This document shows positions 60,301-64,000 of a DNA stretch of 64,000 nt, piece by piece; position 1 is the stretch's first letter; each line of letters starts with the position of its first letter. Origin of the DNA: Mobula hypostoma (Eukaryota); contig NC_086097.1 of NCBI RefSeq assembly GCF_963921235.1, positions 183,212,001-183,276,000 of the forward strand. Direction: 5' to 3'. Made by a program: the position numbers and the translations under genes. The notes beneath the pieces were generated by a model. The model was given only the letters and a program-made list of their open reading frames with translations, was not told where the DNA came from and made no database searches.

Positions 60301-63300
60301 CTCCTGCCAAGCCACGCCTCAAGTTTCCAGACTCCTGCCTCCTGCCAAGCCTCGCCTCAAGTCTCCAGCCTCCTGCCTCCTGCCAAGCCTCACCTCAAGT
60401 CTCTGCCTCCTGCCTCTTGCAAGCCTCGCCTCAAGTCTCCAGCCCCCTGCCTCCTGCCAAGCCTCACCTCATCTCCAGCCTCCTGCCTCCTGCCAAGCCT
60501 CGCCTCAAGTCTCTAGCCTCCTGCCTCCTGCCAAGCCTCGCCTCAAGTCTCTAGCCTCCTACCTCCTGCCAAGACTCGCCTGAAGCCTCTAGCCTCCTGC
60601 CTCCTGCAAAGCCTCGTCTCGTCTCTAGCATACTGCCAAGCGTCGCATCAAGTCTCCAGCCTCCTTCCTCCAGCCAAGCCTCACCTCAAGTCTCTAGCCT
60701 CCTACCAAGCCTTGCCTCAAGTCTCCTGCCTCCTGCCAAGTCACGCCTCACATCTCCAGCCTCCTGCCAAGCCTCACCTCAAGTCTCCAGCCTCCTGTCC
60801 GCTGCCAAGCCTCGCCTCAAGTCTGCAGCCTCATGCTTCCTGCAAAGCCTCGCGTCAAGTCTCTGCCTCCTGCCTCCTGCCACCTCGCCTCAAGTCTGCA
60901 GCCACCTGCTAAGCCTTGCCTCAAGTCTCTAGCCTCCTGCCAAGCCTCGCATCGTCTCCAGCCTCCTGCCTCCTGCCAAGCTTCGCCTCGTCTCCAGCCT
61001 CCTGCCTCCTGCCAAGCCTCACCTCGTCTCCAGCCTCCTGCCAAGCCTCGCCTCATCTCCAGCCTCCTGCCAAGCCTCGCCTCGTCTCCAGCATCCTGCC
61101 AAGACTCGCCTCAAGTCTCCAGCCTCCTGCCAAGCCTCACCTCAAGTCTCCAGCCTCCTGCCTCTCCTCAAGTCTCTGCCTCCTGCCTCCTGCCATGACT
61201 CACCTCGTCTCCAGCCTTCTGCCAAGCCTCACCTCATCTCCAGCCTCCTGCCTCCTGCCAATCCTCGACTCAAGTCTTCAGCTTCCTGCCTCCTGCCAAG
61301 CCACGCCTCAAGTTTCCAGCCTCCAGCCTCCTGCCAAGCCTCGCTTCAAGTCTCCAGCCTCCTGCCTCCTGCCAAGCCTCACCTCAAGTCTCTGCCTCCT
61401 GCCTCTTGCAAAACTCGCCTCAAGTCTCTAGCCTCCTGCCAAGCCTCGCATCAAGTCTCCAACCTCCTGCCTCCTGCCAAGACTCATCTCAAGGCTCCAG
61501 CCTTCTGCCTCTCCTCAAGTCTCTGCCTCCTGCCTCCTGCCATGACTCACCTCGTCTCCAGCCTCCTTCCTCCTGCCAAGCCTCACCTCATCTCCAGCCT
61601 CCTGCCTCCTGCCAATCCTCGACTCAAGTCTTCAGCCTCCTGCCTCCTGCCAAGCCACGCCTCAAGTTTCCAGACTCCTGCCTCCTGCCAAGCCTCGCCT
61701 CAAGTCTCCAGCCTCCTGCCTCCTGCCAAGCCTCACCTCAAGTCTCTGCCTCCTGCCTCTTGCAAAACTCGCCTCAAGTCTCTAGCCTCCTGCCAAGCCT
61801 CGCATCAAGTCTCCAGCCTCCTGCCTCCTGCCAAGACTCATCTCAAGGCTCCAGCCTCCTGCCTCCTGCCAAGCCTCGCCTTGTCTCTAGCCTCCTACCT
61901 CCTGCCAAGCCTCGCCTCAAATCTCTAGCCTCCAGCCTCCTGCCAAGCCTCGCCTCAAGTCTCCAGCCTCCTGCTTCCTTCCAAGCCTCGCCTGAAGTCT
62001 CTGCCTCCTGCCTCCTGCCAAGACTCGTCTCAAGTCTCTTGCCTCCTGCCTCCTGCCATGACTCACCTCGTCTCCAGCCTTCTGCCAAGCCTCACCTCAT
62101 CTCCAGCCTCCTGCCTCCTGCCAATCCTCGACTCAAGTCTTCAGCCTCCTGCCTCCTGCCAAGCCACGCCTCAAGTTTCCAGCCTCCTGCCTCCTGCCAA
62201 GCCTCGCCTCAAGTCTCCAGCCTCCTGCCTCCTGCCAAGCCTCACCTCAAGTCTCTGCCTCCTGCCTCTTGCAAAACTCGCCTCAAGTCTCTAGCCTCCT
62301 GCCAAGCCTCGCATCAAGTCTCCAGCCTGCTGCCTCCTGCCAAGACTCATCTCAAGACTCCAGCCTCCTGCCTCCTGCCAAGCCTCGCCTTGTCTCTAGC
62401 CTCCTACCTCCTGCCAAGCCTCGCCTCAAATCTCTAGCCTCCAGCCTCCTGCCAAGCCTCGCCTCAAGTCTCCAGCCTCCTGCTTCCTTCCAAGCCTCGC
62501 CTGAAGTCTCTGCCTCCTGCCTCCTGCCAAGACTCGTCTCAAGTCTCTTGCCTCCTGCCAAGCCTCGCATCATGTCTCCAGCCTCCTGCCTCCTGCCAAA
62601 ACTCATCTCGTCTCCAGCCTCCTTCCTCCTGCCAAGCCTCGCCTCGTCTCCAGCCTCCTGCGTTCTGCCAAGCCTCACCTCAAGTCTCTAGCCTCCTGCC
62701 TCCTGCCAAGCCTCGCCTCAAGTCTCCAGCCTCCTGCCTCCTGCCAAGCCTCACCTCAGGTCTCTGCCTCCTGCCTCTTGCAAAACTCGCCTCAAGTCTC
62801 TAGCCTCCTGCCAAGCCTCGCATCAAGTCTCCAGCCTCCTGCCTCCTGCCAAGACTCATCTCAAGAATCCAGCCTCATGCTTCCTGCAAAGCCTCGCGTC
62901 AAGTCTCTGCCTCCTGCCTCCTGCCACCTCGCCTCAAGTCTGCAGCCACCTGCTAAGCCTTGCCTCAAGTCTCTAGCCTCCTGCCAAGCCTCGCATCGTC
63001 TCCAGCCTCCTGCCAAGCTTCGCCTCGTCTCCAGCCTCCTGCCTCCTGCCAAGCCTCAGCTCGTCTCCAGCCTCCTGCCAAGCCTCGCCTCATCTCTAGC
63101 CTCCTGCCAAGCCTCGCCTCGTCTCCAGCATCCTGCCAAGACTCGCCTCAAGTCTCCAGCCTCCTGCCAAGCCTCACCTCAAGTCTCCAGCCTCCTGCCT
63201 CTCCTCAAGTCTCTGCCTCCTGCCTCCTGCCATGACTCACCTCGTCTCCAGCCTTCTGCCAAGCCTCACCTCATCTCCAGCCTCCTGCCTCCTGCCAATC

Positions 63301-64000
63301 CTCGACTCAAGTCTTCAGCCTCCTGCCTCCTGCCAAGCCACGCCTCAAGTTTCCAGCCTCCTGCCTCCTGCCAAGCCTCGCCTCAAGTCTCCAGCCTCCT
63401 GCCTCCTGCCAAGCCTCACCTCAAGTCTCTGCCTCCTGCCTCTTGCAAAACTCGCCTCAAGTCTCTAGCCTCCTGCCTCCTGCCAAGCCTCGCCTCAAGT
63501 CTCTAGCCTCCTGCCTCCTGCCAAGCCTCGCCTCAAGTCTCTAGCCTCCTGCCTCCTGCCAAGCCTCGCCTCAAGTCTCTAGCCTCCTGCCTCCTGCCAA
63601 GCCTCGCCTCAAGTCTCTAGCCTCCTGCCTCCTGCCAAGCCTCGCCTCAAGTCTCTAGCCTCCTGCCTCCTGCCAAGCCTTGCCTCAAGTCTCTAGCCTC
63701 CAGCCAAGCCTGGCCTCAAGTCTCTAGCCTCCTGCCTCCTTCCAAGCCTCGCCTCAAGTCTCTAGCCTCCTGCCTCCTGCCGAGCCTCGCCTCAAGTCTC
63801 TAGCCTCCTGCCTAGCCTCGCCTCGTCTCTAGCCTCCTGCCAAGCCTCGCATCAAGTCTCCAGCCTCCTGCGTCCTGCCAAGCCTCGCCTCAAGTCTCTA
63901 GCCTCCTACCTCCTGCCAAGCCTCGCCTCAAGTCTCCAGCCTCCTACCTCCTGCCAAGCCTCGCCTCAAGTCTCCAGCCCCCTGCCTCCTGCCAAGCCTC
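21356..64000 (+). repeat. >42-kb satellite/minisatellite array; main monomer 38 bp GCCTCCTGCCTCCTGCCAAGCCTCGCCTCAAGTCTC(C/T)A, with 36-, 33-, 31- and 29-bp variants and kb-scale higher-order repeats
   Basis: Continuous, single-orientation array to the window end. The 38-bp period is visible at 55381/55419 and the 33-bp period at 21361/21394. Identical ORF-track peptides recur at fixed offsets (4163, 4009, 4356, 1163, 2140, 1343, 3224). Confidence 0.98.

Noticed and set aside
21233..63506. Long Pro/Ser/Ala/Leu-rich ORFs on + (up to 668 aa) and Arg/Gly-rich ORFs on -, resembling a mucin-like or repetitive structural protein
   Set aside because: All three + frames are open simply because the consensus monomer lacks stop codons. 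The 38/31/29-bp units shift frame constantly and most starts are TTG. There is no codon-position bias, signal peptide or splice structure.
21356..64000. CRISPR-like array (repeat length 29-38 bp)
   Set aside because: There are no unique spacers, the units are directly adjacent, no cas genes are present and the context is a vertebrate intron.
21356..64000. Calling the array centromeric or telomeric
   Set aside because: No TTAGGG repeats are present, and nothing in the sequence shows CENP-A binding. Higher-order structure alone is insufficient, and the array seems intragenic.

Overview
Vertebrate genomic DNA; the repeat content (CR1 LINEs, Penelope-like elements, Rex1/Babar and Tc1 relics) suggests a cartilaginous fish, probably a ray, but this is inference. 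The window lies inside a TMEM67 (meckelin/MKS3) gene on the minus strand. Two coding exons are visible, 10318-10219 (100 nt) and 3119-2980 (140 nt), with canonical AG/GT ends and matching phase. Bases 1-20.7 kb are intronic sequence packed with nested, mostly decayed transposons. At 20728 an LTR-like sequence begins (TGTCATGG..., CAGCTG, CATAAATA). It passes through short 68-, 11-, 20- and 33-bp tandem repeats into a >42-kb, strongly strand-asymmetric satellite. The satellite has a ~38-bp monomer (GCCTCCTGCCTCCTGCCAAGCCTCGCCTCAAGTCTCCA) and nested higher-order duplications from 225 bp to 4.36 kb, and it runs off the right end of the window. No further TMEM67 exon was found between 10318 and 64000, so the satellite appears to be intronic. 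The many Pro/Ser/Ala/Leu-rich ORFs inside it are judged artefacts of the repeat.
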